Source: Octopus vulgaris
Lineage: Eukaryota
Direction of reading: 5' to 3'
DNA length: 64,000 nt
Assembly: GCA_951406725.2 (NCBI GenBank)
Contig: OX597824.1
Location: 80,848,001-80,912,000 of the forward strand
The translations under genes and the position numbers were made by a program. Each line of letters opens with the position of its first letter. Positions within the stretch are counted from its first letter, which is position 1. Shown here piece after piece: positions 13,566-26,551 of this stretch. The notes under the pieces are model-generated. The model ran no database searches. It was not told the DNA's origin and saw nothing but the letters and a program-made list of their open reading frames with translations.

Positions 13566-13618
13566 TGAGAACGTACGTTTCAAGATTAGTCAAAATCGAC
13601 ACTTCTATCATCAGCTCA
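13566..13618 (-). ncRNA. Type I hammerhead ribozyme motif, copy 1
   Basis: tgag-CTGATGA-(stem II)-GAAA-C-gtac-G-TT-ctca on the minus strand. Confidence 0.65.
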
Positions 13619-14132
13619 GAACTCCCTGGTTTGGATTTGAAAACACTGAAAGTGGGAGCATACCTTTTCGGCTTGTTATCACTTCTGAAGATCTGCTCAA
13701 AACTAACAGTGCTAGCAAATTCAAATATGCAAGCGAAGAATTTCTGCTCTCCCCTTTCCACCAGCGTGGGTTAAAATCAGCAAACACTATGCTTTTTTCG
13801 GTAAAATCCGAGGCATTATATAGAGAGAGATGAATTATAATTTCAACAATTGAGGGTAAAATTAATTAATTAATTAATCAATTTCACCAAGTATTCAGTA
13901 TACAAAGGGACCATTTAAGGCGAATTCAAATTATTACATTATATAAAGGGCTTAGTAAAATAAATTACTTTGCCGCATACTGAACTCATTAGAAATAGCA
14001 GCTAAAAAAACTTTTTTTAAAAACTATTTCCAATACTTAAAGAAAGAAAACCTCTCTCATATAGTGTTTGCTCAATTCAACTCACAAAAGTATGGGGGTA
14101 GAGACATTAAAAAATCAAATGCAAAGGTTATT

Positions 14133-14185
14133 TGAGAACGTACGTTTCAAGATTAGTCAAAATCGACACTTCTATCATCAGCTCA
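14133..14185 (-). ncRNA. Type I hammerhead ribozyme motif, copy 2
   Basis: Identical to copy 1. Confidence 0.65.
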
Positions 14186-14692
14186 GAACTCCCTGGTTTG
14201 GATTTGAAAACACTGAAAGTGGGAGCATACCTTTTCGGCTTGTTATCACTTCTGAAGATCTGCTCAAAACTAACAGTGCTAGCAAATTCAAATATGCAAG
14301 CGAAGAATTTCTGCTCTCCTTTCCACCAGCGTGGGTTAAAATCAGCAAACACTATGCTTTTTCGGTAAAATCCGAGGCATTATATAGAGAGAGATGAATT
14401 ATAATTTCAACAATTGAGGGTAAAATTAATTAATTAATTAATCAATTTCACCAAGTATTCAGTATACAAAGGGACCATTTAAGGCGAATTCAAATTATTA
14501 CATTATATAAAAGGGCTTAGTAAAATAAATTACTTTGCCGCATACTGAACTCATTAGAAATAGCAGCTAAAAAAACTTTTTTAAAAACTATTTCCAATAC
14601 TTAAAGAAAACCTCTCTCATATAGTGTTTGCTCAATTCAACTCACAAAAGTATGGGGGTAGAGACATTAAAAAATCAAATGCAAAGGTTATT

Positions 14693-14745
14693 TGAGAACG
14701 TACGTTTCAAGATTAGTCAAAATCGACACTTCTATCATCAGCTCA
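14693..14745 (-). ncRNA. Type I hammerhead ribozyme motif, copy 3
   Basis: Identical to copy 1. Confidence 0.65.
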
Positions 14746-14991
14746 GAACTCCCTGGTTTGGATTTGAAAACACTGAAAGTGGGAGCATACCTTTTCGGCT
14801 TGTTATCACTTCTGAAGATCTGCTCAAAACTAACAGTGCTAGCAAATTCAAATATGCAAGCGACAGAAATTCTTCGCTTGCATATTTGAATTTGCTAGCA
14901 CTGTTAGTTTTGAGCAGATCTTCAGAAGTGATAACAAGCCGAAAAGGTATGCTCCCACTTTCAGTGTTTTCAAATCCAAACCAGGGAGTTC

Positions 14992-15044
14992 TGAGCTGAT
15001 GATAGAAGTGTCGATTTTGACTAATCTTGAAACGTACGTTCTCA
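14992..15044 (+). ncRNA. Type I hammerhead ribozyme motif, copy 4
   Basis: tgag CTGATGA tagaagtgtcgattttgactaatctt GAAA cgtacg TT ctca; stem I TGAG/CTCA, palindromic AACGTACGTT stem III. Confidence 0.65.
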
Positions 15045-15560
15045 AATAACCTTTGCATTTGATTTTTTTTTAATGTCTCTACCCCCATACTTTTGTGAGT
15101 TGAATTGAGCAAACACTATATGAGAGAGGTTTTCTTTCTTTAAGTATTGGAAATAGTTTTTAAAAAGTTTTTTTAGCTGCTATTTCTAATGAGTTCAGTA
15201 TGCGGCAAAGTAATTTATTTTACTAAGCCCTTTTATATAATGTAATAATTTGAATTCGCCTTAAATGGTCCCTTTGTATACTGAATACTTGGTGAAATTG
15301 ATTAATTAATTAATTAATTTTACCCTCAATTGTTGAAATTATAATTCATCTCTCTCTATATAATGCCTCGGATTTTACCGAAAAAAGCATAGTGTTTGCT
15401 GATTTTAACCCACGCTGGTGGAAAGGGGAGAGCAGAAATTCTTCGCTTGCATATTTGAATTTGCTAGCACTGTTAGTTTTGAGCAGATCTTCAGAAGTGA
15501 TAACAAGCCGAAAAGGTATGCTCCCACTTTCAGTGTTTTCAAATCCAAACCAGGGAGTTC

Positions 15561-15613
15561 TGAGCTGATGATAGAAGTGTCGATTTTGACTAATCTTGAA
15601 ACGTACGTTCTCA
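15561..15613 (+). ncRNA. Type I hammerhead ribozyme motif, copy 5
   Basis: Identical to copy 4. Confidence 0.65.
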
Positions 15614-15812
15614 AATAACCTTTGCATTTGATTTTTTTTTAATGTCTCTACCCCCATACTTTTGTGAGTTGAATTGAGCAAACACTATATGAGAGAGGTT
15701 TTCTTTAAGTATTGGAAATAGTTTTTAAAAAAGTTTTTTAGCTGCTATTTCTAATGAGTTCAGTATGCGGCAAAGTAATTTATTTTACTAAGCCCTTTTA
15801 TATAATGTAATA

Positions 15813-15914
<102 letters not shown>

Positions 15915-16124
15915 GTATATGTAAAAAAATACAAACTGGAACAAAAACGCAAAACATTTAGAAGACGATACAAAAAACACGGACGGAACATTCGAAGCCT
16001 TCAATCTTCATATACATACATAGCACAAAATTTTATCAGTGAACAGGTCGCGGTTTCCAAGCGACGAAAATATTTTGACAAATTAAAATTTAAATGTTGA
16101 AATTAATCAAACGTTCTGCTTTTT

Positions 16125-16163
<39 letters not shown>

Positions 16164-16206
16164 TTTTAAAATGGCTTATAAACCACTTTCCACGCTGCAT
16201 CATTAA

Positions 16207-16538
16207 AAGACCCCCTTCGGTCATGAATGACCATAGGATTGCACCTAGAAAGTTACCCTCCTAGACACAAGTCCGGGCAAGGTTGTTTATGGAAGACCAG
16301 CAGTCGCCCATGCATACCAGCCTCCCCTCTCCACGCCACCAGTGTTATCCAAAGGAAAGACAAAGGTCGATATAGCTTGGCACCAGTGACGTCGCAACTC
16401 ATTTCTACAGCTGAGTGAACTGGAGCAACGTGAAATAAAGTGCCTTGCTCAAGAACACAACACGCAGCCCGGTCCGGGATTCGAGCTCACAACCTCACGA
16501 TCGTAAGCTCGACGCTCTAACCACTGAGCCATGCGCCT
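16207..16538 (-). mobile_element. tRNA-derived SINE, family C, full length
   Basis: Head ggcgcatggctcagtggttagagcgtcgagcttacgatcgtgaggttgtgagctcgaatcccg (A and B boxes) followed by non-tRNA body; second full copy at 41308. Confidence 0.85.
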
Positions 16539-16657
16539 AACGTTATCAAAATATATATAATTAACGAGCAACGTTTTCGCTTGGTTTTTTTCCCTTATCG
16601 CATTGTTGCTTTATTGCTGTCTGATAGATGTTGCATCCAATGAATGTTAGCACTTAC

Positions 16658-16748
16658 TTAACTGTAACCTTTTCATGCAGATGGCGTCTAGGAGTAATAT
16701 GCGCTTTGGACATTTTTCGACGTGTCATAGGCGTCTGCTCAGTCAGGG
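16658..16748 (-). CDS. Candidate 91-nt exon, (x)LTEQTPMTRRKMSKAHITPRRHLHEKVTV
   Basis: CAG acceptor, GTAAGT donor; only phase 1 is open; unique island among repeats. Confidence 0.45.
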
Positions 16749-17257
16749 CTGATTTGGAGCATAACAACAACAACAACAACAACCACAACAATAACATCAG
16801 CGACGACCACGTTGAGGGCGGCGACGGTGACGGCGACAATAGTGACAGCCGCAATAATAACAATAACAACAGCAGCAATAGTAGTAGCAGCAGTGGAAGC
16901 AGCAGTAGTAGCAGCAGTAGCAATAATAGTGTTACCATAACAACGTCTCCTGCAGCGACCGCCATATCATTCCAGTACAACAACAACAACAACAACAATA
17001 ACAACAGCGGCAAAAGCAACAACAGAAACAACAGCAATAACAACAACAAAAAATACTGCAACATGTCACATAACAGCAGCAGCAGCAGCAGCAACAACAA
17101 CAACAACAACAACAGCAACAACTGCAGCAGCAGCATCAAGAACAACAACTACAAAAACCGACAAAACCCCCTAAAAATTTACAACCAAAACATCAACTAC
17201 TACTACTACTACAACTACAACAACAACAACAACAACTATTATTACTACTACACTGTG

Positions 17258-17288
<31 letters not shown>

Positions 17289-17334
17289 TTACTACTATTA
17301 CTACTACTACTAGTGAGGCTGCAATGGTGTCACT

Positions 17335-17374
17335 TTTATTTAGGTCAAGGAAACTCCCTCCACATTAAAAATAG
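17335..17374 (-). CDS. Candidate terminal exon, (x)IFNVEGVSLT*, with overlapping AATAAA
   Basis: ccttttgttttgatag acceptor; TAA overlaps AATAAA. Confidence 0.3.
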
Positions 17375-17514
17375 CTATCAAAACAAAAGGCTAAAAGGAA
17401 GAATAAAGAAGAAGAGAAAGAAGGCGAAGAGACGGAACGGGTGCCAGGCCTGGATGTGTGTGTGTGTGTGTGTGTGTACGTGAGCGTGTATGTACATGCA
17501 TATGTATGGTTGTG

Positions 17515-17575
<61 letters not shown>

Positions 17576-17661
17576 GGGTACGCATATGTAAGTGAATGTA
17601 TACAAATAAACACATGATACATATACAAACACATATACACACACGCACACGTGCCTGTGCG

Positions 17662-17719
<58 letters not shown>

Positions 17720-17867
17720 GCATGTATTGGTATGTATGTATATGTATAAAGACAGCCTGTAGATGTCAGCAGTGCGTGTGTGTGTGTGTGTGTGTAGTCT
17801 GTGCCGAATAAATAAAAAAAAAAGTCACTAAAAACACGAAAACAAAATGACCGAAAAAAAAATTAAA

Positions 17868-17990
17868 CCAGCCAGCCAGCCAATCAGCCAGCCGACCGAC
17901 CAACCGACCGACCGACCGACCGACCGACCGACCGACCGACCGACCGACCGACCGACCAGCCAACCGACCGACCAGCCAACCGACCGACCG
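17868..17990. repeat. (CCGA)n/(CCAG)n tetranucleotide tract
   Basis: Directly visible. Confidence 0.95.
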
Positions 17991-18239
17991 TCAAAATACA
18001 CAAAACCCTCCCGAAAGGTAAAGGCTGGAGGAGAAGGTTGCGAGGAGAAGGATGAGGTGGCAGTAAGGAAGAAGTTGCAAGGTTTCTAGGTCAAGTTCAA
18101 CACATATACATACGTACACACACACACGATATAACAAGTAAATAAAGAGTAATAATAATAAAGAAATTCATTTAAAAAACGTAAATAAAAATGTAGGGCA
18201 ATCAAAACGTATTACAGCATTTGTGTTGTTGTTTTTGTT

Positions 18240-20194
18240 TTGGTTATGGGTGGTGGCGGTGGTGGCGGTGGTGGTAGTGGTGGTGGTGGTGGTGGTGGTG
18301 GTGGTGGTGGAAGTAGTGGTGCTGGTGGTGTTGGAGGTGGCGATGATGGTGGTGGCAGCGATGGTGGTGGTGGTGGTGGTTAGTGGTGGTAGTGGTGGTG
18401 GTGGTGGTGGTGGTGGCGGTGGTGATAATGGCGCTGTTGGTGACCGTGATGCGTCTGGTGTTGATAGTGGTGATGATGGTAGTGGTTGCGAAGTTAGTGA
18501 TGGTGGTGGTGGTGGTGATGGTGGCGCTGTTGGTGACCGTGATGTGTCTGTGTTCATAGTGGTGATGGTATGGTAGTGGTAGTGGTGGAGGTGGTGGTGG
18601 CGATGTTGTTGTTTTTGTTGTTGGTCGTAGTGGTGTTGATGGTGACGCTGCTGGTGACCGTGATGATGATGATGGTGGTGGTGGTGGTGGCGACGGTGGT
18701 GATAGTGGCGCTGTTGGTGACCGTGATGTGTCTGGTGTTGATAGTGATGATGGTATGATAGTGGTAGTGGTGGTGGCGATGTTGGTGGTGGTGATGGTGA
18801 CCGTGATATGTCTGGTGTTTATAGTGGTGATGGTTTGGCAGTGGTAGTGGCGGCGGTGATGGACGTGGTGGTGGCGATGGTGATAGCAAGGTTAGTGCTG
18901 GTAGTGGTAGTGGGGGTGGCGAAGGTGGCGCTGTTGGTGACCATGATGTGTCTGGTGTTCATAGTGATGGTATGGTAGTGGTAATGGTGGTAGTGGTGGT
19001 GAACGTGACGTGTCTGGTGTTGATGGTGGTGGTGGCGGAGTGGTGGTGTCGGTGATTGTTTAATAACGAGGGTGTTGGTTTTGGTGGTGCCGATGGTGAC
19101 AGTGGTGTTGGTAGTGGTGGCGATGGTGGTAGAGGGTGGTGGTGACAGCGTTCGTGGTGATGGTAGTGGTAATTGTGGTAATGATGGTGTTGATTTTGAT
19201 GGTGGTGGCGGTGATGGTTGTGGTGGTAGTGCTTGTGGCTTTGGTGATGGTGGTGCTGGTAGTGGTGTGCTGGTGGTAGTAGTTATGTTGATGGTGTTGG
19301 TAGCGACGATGTTGGTTGCGGTGGTGACGTGGTTAGTGGTGTTGGTGGTGGAGGGAGTGGTAGGTTTTGGTGTTGACATGATTGTTGGTGGTGTTGATGT
19401 TCGTGGTAGTAGTGACAATAGTGATGATATTGTCGGTGTGGTAGTAGTGGTGGTGGTGGGTGGTGGGTGTGATAGTGGTGGTAGTGGTGACGGTTTTGGT
19501 GTTGGTGGTGTTGTTGGTGGTGGTGATAGTGGTGGTAGTGGTGACGGTTTTGGTGTTGGTGGTGTTGGTGGTGGTGGTGGTGACAGTAGTAGTGGTAGTT
19601 TTGGTGGTGCTGGTGGTGGCGATTTTGGTGTTGGTGGTAGAAGTGCTGGTAGTAGTTTTGGTGGTTGTGGTGATAGTAGTAGTTTTGGTGGTGGTGGTGG
19701 TGGTGGTGGTGGTGGTGGTGGTGGTGGTGGTATTCTTGTGGTGTTGGTGGTGATACCACTACTATTATTGCTGATGTTATTGACGATATTAACAGTGGTG
19801 ATGGCTTTGGTTGTGTTGTTATTATTGTTGTCGTCGGTGGTGGTAGTATTGGCGATAGTGTTGATGGTGTTCGTAGTGGTTCTAGTTGTAGTGTTAGTGT
19901 AGTAGTGGTTAGTGGTAGTCGTGGTATTGTTGTTGTCATCGTTATTGCTATTGCTGTTGTCGTTAGTGATGGTGATGGTATCATTCTTGACGTTAGTGCT
20001 GCTGTTCTTGGCGGTGATGGTGATGGTGATGATGGTGGTGGTGGTGGTGATAGTGGAAGTAGTTGTCATTGTATCGGTGATAGTTGTGTTGTTGTTGTTG
20101 GCGTTATTGGAGCTGGTGGTACACTTGGTGGCAACAGCAGCAACAGTAGTAGTAGCAGTAGTAGTAGTAGTAGTAGTAGTAGCAGTAGCAACAG

Positions 20195-20270
<76 letters not shown>

Positions 20271-20724
20271 TGTTGTAGTAGTAGTAGTAAAAGTAGCAAT
20301 AGTGGCACCAGCACCAGCAGCAGCACTAGTTGTAGTGGTTGTGGTGGTGGTGGTGGTAGTGGTGATGGTGGTAGTGGTATTAATGGTGGTGATGATGTGG
20401 CGGTGTTAGTAGTATTGGTAGTGCTGGAAGTAGTAGCGGTAGGAGTAAAGGTAGTTGTCTTAGTAGTAGTTGTGGTAATAGTTGTAATTTGATAATGATG
20501 GTGATGATGATGATGATGGTGATGATGATGCTGACGCTGATGACGGTACTGGGGTGGTGACGGGGGTGGTGGTGGATTATGGTGGAGATGGAGATGGTAG
20601 TTGTTGCAATGATTGCGAAGTGGCGTGATGTTTGTATATTTATTACAGTTGTTGCTGTTGTTGTTAATGGTGGTGATGGTGGTAGTGGTGGTGGTGGTGG
20701 TGGTGGTGGTGGTGGTGGTGGTGG

Positions 20725-20755
<31 letters not shown>

Positions 20756-20830
20756 GGTGATGACGGTTGCGATGGCGTTAGTAATGATTACGGTGGCACT
20801 AGAAATAATTGTGATGGCGGCGGCTTTGGT
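18240..20830. repeat. 2.6-kb degenerate (GGT)/(GTA)/(GCA) tract
   Basis: Directly visible; source of the poly-V/T/P/G pseudo-ORFs. Confidence 0.95.
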
Positions 20831-21119
20831 GGAAGAGAAGGAGGTGACGGTGGTTGTGTTGTCTATAGGAAGGAAGCGAAGTCAGAAAGTTAGACATTGT
20901 TGCTGTTGTTGTTATCGATGTCATCATTGTCGTCGTCACCACTGATGGACGTTCAACTGCAGGTCAACCCTGAATCGGCCAGATACTTTAATTTATATCG
21001 TTTGACCAAAGTAAGCCAAAATTTCTCTAAGCTTACCTGATGACGAGGAATACGGCTGAAAATAACCCTAGCGTCAACTTGCTTGCAATATAGGTTCAGA
21101 TTTTTGTTCTAAATATGTA

Positions 21120-21356
21120 CAGTTAAACGTAACACCGTCGACTATCGCGTGTGTTACGTTCCAAAGCACCCCTCGATAAGTGAAAATTCGCGAACTCAAA
21201 ACAGTACTGTACTGAATATTTAAAAAAATTATTTTTATAATTTGTATAAATTTATTTTACTACAAATGCAAAACGGAAGAATCAACGTAAGCTTAAATAA
21301 TAAACCGTGATAGGTGAACCGTGATAGGTGAACCGCGATATCGCGAGGGTATACTG
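21120..21356. mobile_element. Tigger/pogo-like MITE, second copy
   Basis: TA-CAGT...ACTG-TA termini; reverse-complement homology to 1500-1732. Confidence 0.65.
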
Positions 21357-21399
21357 TATTTTTTTCTTATAGATACAAAGTGATTATTGTATTTTAACT

Positions 21400-21780
21400 T
21401 TTACTTGTTTCAACCTTCGAAGCGCAGCCCTGCTGGAAGGCTTTCCTGGAACAAATCGAACCCAGTACTTATTCTATTGACCTCATTTGTCGAACCGCTA
21501 ACCTACAAGAAAGTAAAGTCAACATAACTTGTCAAGCAGTGTGGTGGCGGAGAGGGGGCAACAAAAACAGACACACATACACACACGTACACACACACAC
21601 GCACATATTCGATGGGCTTCAACTCAGTTTTCATCTACCAAATCCATTCACAAGGCATTGGTCGGCCCGTGTCGGGGCTCTAGTAGAAGACACTCGTCCA
21701 AGGTACCACGCAGAGGGATTGAACCCGAAACAACCTGATTGCAAAGTGGGGCTCTTAACTACACAGCGATAACCACACCG
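21400..21780 (-). mobile_element. Old family-B SINE
   Basis: ctaccaaatccattcacaagg...tagtagaagacactcgtccaagg homology. Confidence 0.65.
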
Positions 21781-22407
21781 ATAAATAATTTTGTGAAATT
21801 AATTCTTAATATAATGAAATTATCTCCCCTTAACCCTCAGTAACACTAACAAATACCGCTAGGATTCATTTTTATTCTCTTCCAACTAATTTTATGGTTA
21901 CGGGAAATAATTTTGTTAAAGTTCATCGACCTTGAATTTATTCATCTAAATTCAGGTCATTGGTCTACTTGTGTTACTTCCCTTAGCTCGTCTTAGTTGT
22001 ATGTGGCGTGATTACGTTGATGGAGTTGTTGTTGCGGTAGTGGTGATGTTGATGGTTGTGGTGATGTTGCGGTAGTGGTGATGTTGCGGTAGTGGTGATG
22101 TTGATGGTTGTGGTGGTAACATAAGACTTAAGCAAGACAAAGGAAGTTTATCTGTTGCTTCTTTCTTCTTGTTCTTTTCCTTCCTTCATTTCTTTCTTTC
22201 TTTGTCTTCTTTCTTTCTTTCTTTGTCTTCTTTCTTCGTTCTTTCTCTTTCTCTTTCTTGGGGGATGACAAAAGACAGGCAAAGAAGCAGCCGTAACCAA
22301 TATAAGAACAATAAATAAATCAGTATGTATACGTGTATGTGGATATGTGGATAGATGTATAATTCTTGTGGGTATATGAGGTATGTGTGTATCTGTGTGA
22401 ATGTACC

Positions 22408-22495
<88 letters not shown>

Positions 22496-22677
22496 TGTGT
22501 GTTTGTGTCTGTGTGTGTGTGTGTATGTGTGTGTGTATGTTATATATATGCATACGCACACACAAACAGACAGACACGTACTCATATATTCTTGTGTATA
22601 TTTGCATTTATATGTCTGCTTGTATGACTATCTATGAGTCTCTGTGTATCTGTGCATGTCTCATTTATATATATATA

Positions 22678-22750
<73 letters not shown>

Positions 22751-22779
22751 ATATATATATATACAGATATATGTATGTA

Positions 22780-22824
<45 letters not shown>

Positions 22825-23119
22825 ATAAAAGGGTGAAATTAATTAATTAGGGATAATTATCAATTACACCAAGTAGATTTCGGTATGTAAAAGCCCCATT
22901 CGAGGAAAATTTAAGTAATACTAAGTAATCAAGGGTTTAGCAACGAATTGCCTCACCAACACACCGAATTTAGAAATAGCAGTCAAAGAGATGTAGCTAT
23001 TCCTTCTACTAAAAGGGGGATCTCAGTAAAAACACAGCACTTAGTAGAAGGAATAGCTACATCTCTTTGACTGCTAGTGTGTTGGTGAGGCAATTCGTTG
23101 CTAAACCCTTGATTACTTA

Positions 23120-23122
<3 letters not shown>
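22825..23122. mobile_element. Fold-back PLE-like fragment in (TA)n, related to the 563-bp unit
   Basis: Inverted arms ~22919-23012 and 23041-23122; agggtgaaattaattaatta..caattacaccaagta..agaaatagcag resembles the unit start at ~13290. Confidence 0.7.
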
Positions 23123-23190
<68 letters not shown>

Positions 23191-23352
23191 CTCAATACAA
23201 ATATATGTATGTGCATGCGTGTATATGTATGAGTGTAAATCTATGTGCAGTTCTGCATTTATATGCGATTAAATGCGTGTTTGTATGTGTCTGAGTATAT
23301 TTGCATATCTGTGCATAGATTTTTGTGTATGTATATTTGTGTTTGTATGTGC

Positions 23353-23401
<49 letters not shown>

Positions 23402-23411
23402 GTGTGTGTGT

Positions 23412-23442
<31 letters not shown>

Positions 23443-23640
23443 CGGTTGCATTTGTATCAGAGAATGTATGTGTATGCATGAACGTATGTGTAAGCGTGTC
23501 GTGGTGTGTTGTTATATTTGTGTTGTGACCGTCATGTCTGTTAAATTATATTATATTATATAGGTTCGTCCATCCTACTCCAGCCAGCTCTCATTTTGTT
23601 CGTAACCCTTAAGGTAGTAACGTCTTTGTTCCTGTCTTAC

Positions 23641-23721
<81 letters not shown>

Positions 23722-23861
23722 TTATCTATCTCACCCGATCTGTCTTAATCTAGTGGTTGTGTTTGTCTAGACTTTCCGGGAATTGTTTCTAGAGCAAGCT
23801 TACTGAGGCTTGCACATACCATCATGCAGAAACACACATACACACACGCTTACATGCGCGC

Positions 23862-23921
<60 letters not shown>

Positions 23922-23929
23922 TCACAAAC

Positions 23930-23967
<38 letters not shown>

Positions 23968-23968
<1 letters not shown>

Positions 23969-25405
23969 TGTTTGTCCTTCGGGTTCGAAGGTAACCATTG
24001 ATATCATTTGGTGGAATTGCTGGTATGAGACCGGAGGTGGCTGGTGAGGCCAATCCGGGTAAGAAAGCCCCTCCCACATGTGGGGCAGAAGTGGGTAGGG
24101 GCTGTGCTATTGGTGCAGGTGGCTCTGGCTTTCCGCATCTTCCGTTTCTGTTCTGCTGACTGAATCCGTCTCTCCTCGGCTGTCTTTGCTCCTGTGGTGA
24201 TTGCGCTGCGCCAGGATGAGCGGTCGGCAGCAAAGTATCTCCCAAGTCTCTGTGCCGATGGAGAAGTCTTTGAGAGAGACTTTGAGACTGTCCTTGAAGC
24301 GCTTCTTCTGCCCTCCGACTTTGCGTTTGCCCTGGCTGAGTTCACCGTAGAAGAGCTGTTTTGGGATGCGAGTGTCGGACATGCGGGAGACGTGGCCTGC
24401 CCATCTCAGCTGGGCCTTGCGCATGATCGTGATAGTGCTAGGGAGATCTGCCTGCTTCAGAACTTCCGTGTCTGGGACTTTGTCCTGCCAGCGGATGTGA
24501 AGGAGGTTCCGAAGACACCTGAGGTGGAAGTGGTTTATCTGGCGCTCGTGCCTTCGGTAAGCAATCCACGTCTCGCAGCCGTATAGTAGGATGGTAAGCA
24601 CGACTGCCCGGTAGACTTTCAGCTTGGTGTTGAAGCTGATTCCTCTCCGCTCCCAGACTTTCTTTCGCAGTCTCCCAAACGCGCTGCTTGCCTTGGAGAT
24701 TCTGTTGATGATTTCAGCATCTATGTTGGCATTGCAGGAGAGAGTGCTGCCCAGGTAGGTGAAGTTTTCCACCGCTCGTAGGATTCATCCGTTCATCTTT
24801 ATCTGAGGCTCATGGTATTGTTTGCCGGGGGCTGGCTGAAACATCACTTCGGTTTTCTTGGCACTGATGGTGAGACCGAAGTTGTCACAGGCTGATGAGA
24901 ACCTGTCCATCCCGAGCTGCATCTCCTGCTCATCGATTGCGTTAAGGGCGCAGTCGTCAGCAAAGAGAAAGTCTCTGACGACTGTCTCCCTCACCTTTGT
25001 GACGGCCTGCAATCTTCTGGAGTTGAAAAATTTCCCATCCGTCCTGTAGTTGATGTCGATACCGGACTTGCAGTCCCTGAAGGCGTCGGACAGCATTGCC
25101 GAGAACATGATGCTGAACAGTGTTGGGGCCAGAACACAGCCCTGTCTGACTCCGTTGGTCACCTGGAAGACTTCAGATGAGTTGCCGTCTTCAAGGACTC
25201 TGGCTGTCATTCCGTAGTGGAACTGGCGGACAATTGCAATAGATTTGCTGGGGCAACCAAAATTTCCCATGACCTTCCAGAGTCCCTCCCGACTGACTGT
25301 ATCGAGAGCCCTGGTGAGGTCAACAAAGGTCATGCAGAGGTCAAGGTGCTGCTCCATGCATTTCTCCTGGAGCTGGCGGGCGGCGAAAATCATGTCTTTC
25401 TTGAG
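23968..25405 (-). mobile_element. RTE (BovB-like) LINE, 5'-truncated; RT and C-terminal zinc finger with frameshifts
   Basis: [86 protein letters not shown]. Confidence 0.95.
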
Positions 25406-25409
25406 AGCC

Positions 25410-25463
<54 letters not shown>

Positions 25464-25493
25464 AACCTAGCATTAATACCTGCATGTAGAGAT

Positions 25494-25542
<49 letters not shown>

Positions 25543-26551
25543 ATATACGTCGCTATTTATACACACACACGTAAGCAAATGCATGTATAATATATATGAT
25601 TGTATGTATATATGTATGTGTGTACGCATACGAGCGCCTGACATTCCGTCACTATGTAGGACAATACATGTTTGGTCAATACGGAGCAGGTGGTCAGATA
25701 TTTTACAAGTCAGATATTTCAACTAAGCTAGTTGAACTTCTATGGCGCACTTTATAAAGGTTATGGGAGTGTAGCAGACTGGGTATTCATTGATGTACTA
25801 CAATGCTCGTTAGATCTACAATCGAGGCTCTAAAGATTTGAGACAATAGAACTTTTATGCATCTAGAATCAGCTGAAGAGAAAACTCCTCTGATGACGGC
25901 AGAGAGACAACTGTCTTGACCTCCGGTTAAGAAATATCGTTAACTGTTTTTATATACAGAACTTCCTAGGCAAAACTTGCAGTTCTATGATCCATTGGCG
26001 TTGACTTTACTGCTATAATTGCTGTTGTGGCTTGCTAAGATGTTTTCTTTGTATTATGGTTATTGTCATTCAATCTCAGAGTAGCTATGCTCGATAAGGC
26101 CTATGGTTAAAGACAACCCAGTTATGACCGCCTCGGATTGTATTTTTCTGACATTTAGGACTCTATTATCGAATGTATACTACCTCCATTTTGCAGAAGA
26201 TTTTTTAATAAGCCGACTGCATTAGTACGCATGTAATTTGTCATTGTAGATAATGCAGTTGTTATTTAGTCCAAAGCCATCCCGTTCTTGAGGAAACATG
26301 TCTAATAATATTTTACTAATGGCCATCAGGCTTTGGTCTATGTGTTGAGGAAGCTAAGAACGCATTATCCAACATGACCTATTCTATGACTTAACGTTGA
26401 GATGTGAGGAAAATTTAGCTACTGTTTTCATCAGATCAGGCTACCATTTATAGCAGTGGTTCCCAACCAGGGTTCATATGGCCCCTGGGGATTCAAATAA
26501 GATATTGTTGATAAAATTTATGTGACAAAATAAAAGTGTTTAAAAGTCTAC

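Noticed and set aside
13501-15681. Repeated 110-aa ORF MLNSTHKSMG...
   Set aside because: Starts at TTG, is antisense to the ribozyme strand, has no recognisable motif, and recurs only because the unit is repeated
16207-16538. Possible tRNA genes in SINE heads (also 41308, 52956, 58101)
   Set aside because: A and B boxes are present, but there is no complete acceptor stem and each continues into a shared non-tRNA body
21030-21070. CTGATGA...GAAA at ~21038; CTGATGA also at ~6900, ~12579 and ~25890
   Set aside because: No convincing stem II and stem I pairing, or no correctly placed GAAA, so not called hammerheads
22148-22256. Minus-strand acceptor followed by a K/E/R-rich frame
   Set aside because: Purine low-complexity sequence with no donor; cannot be separated from noise
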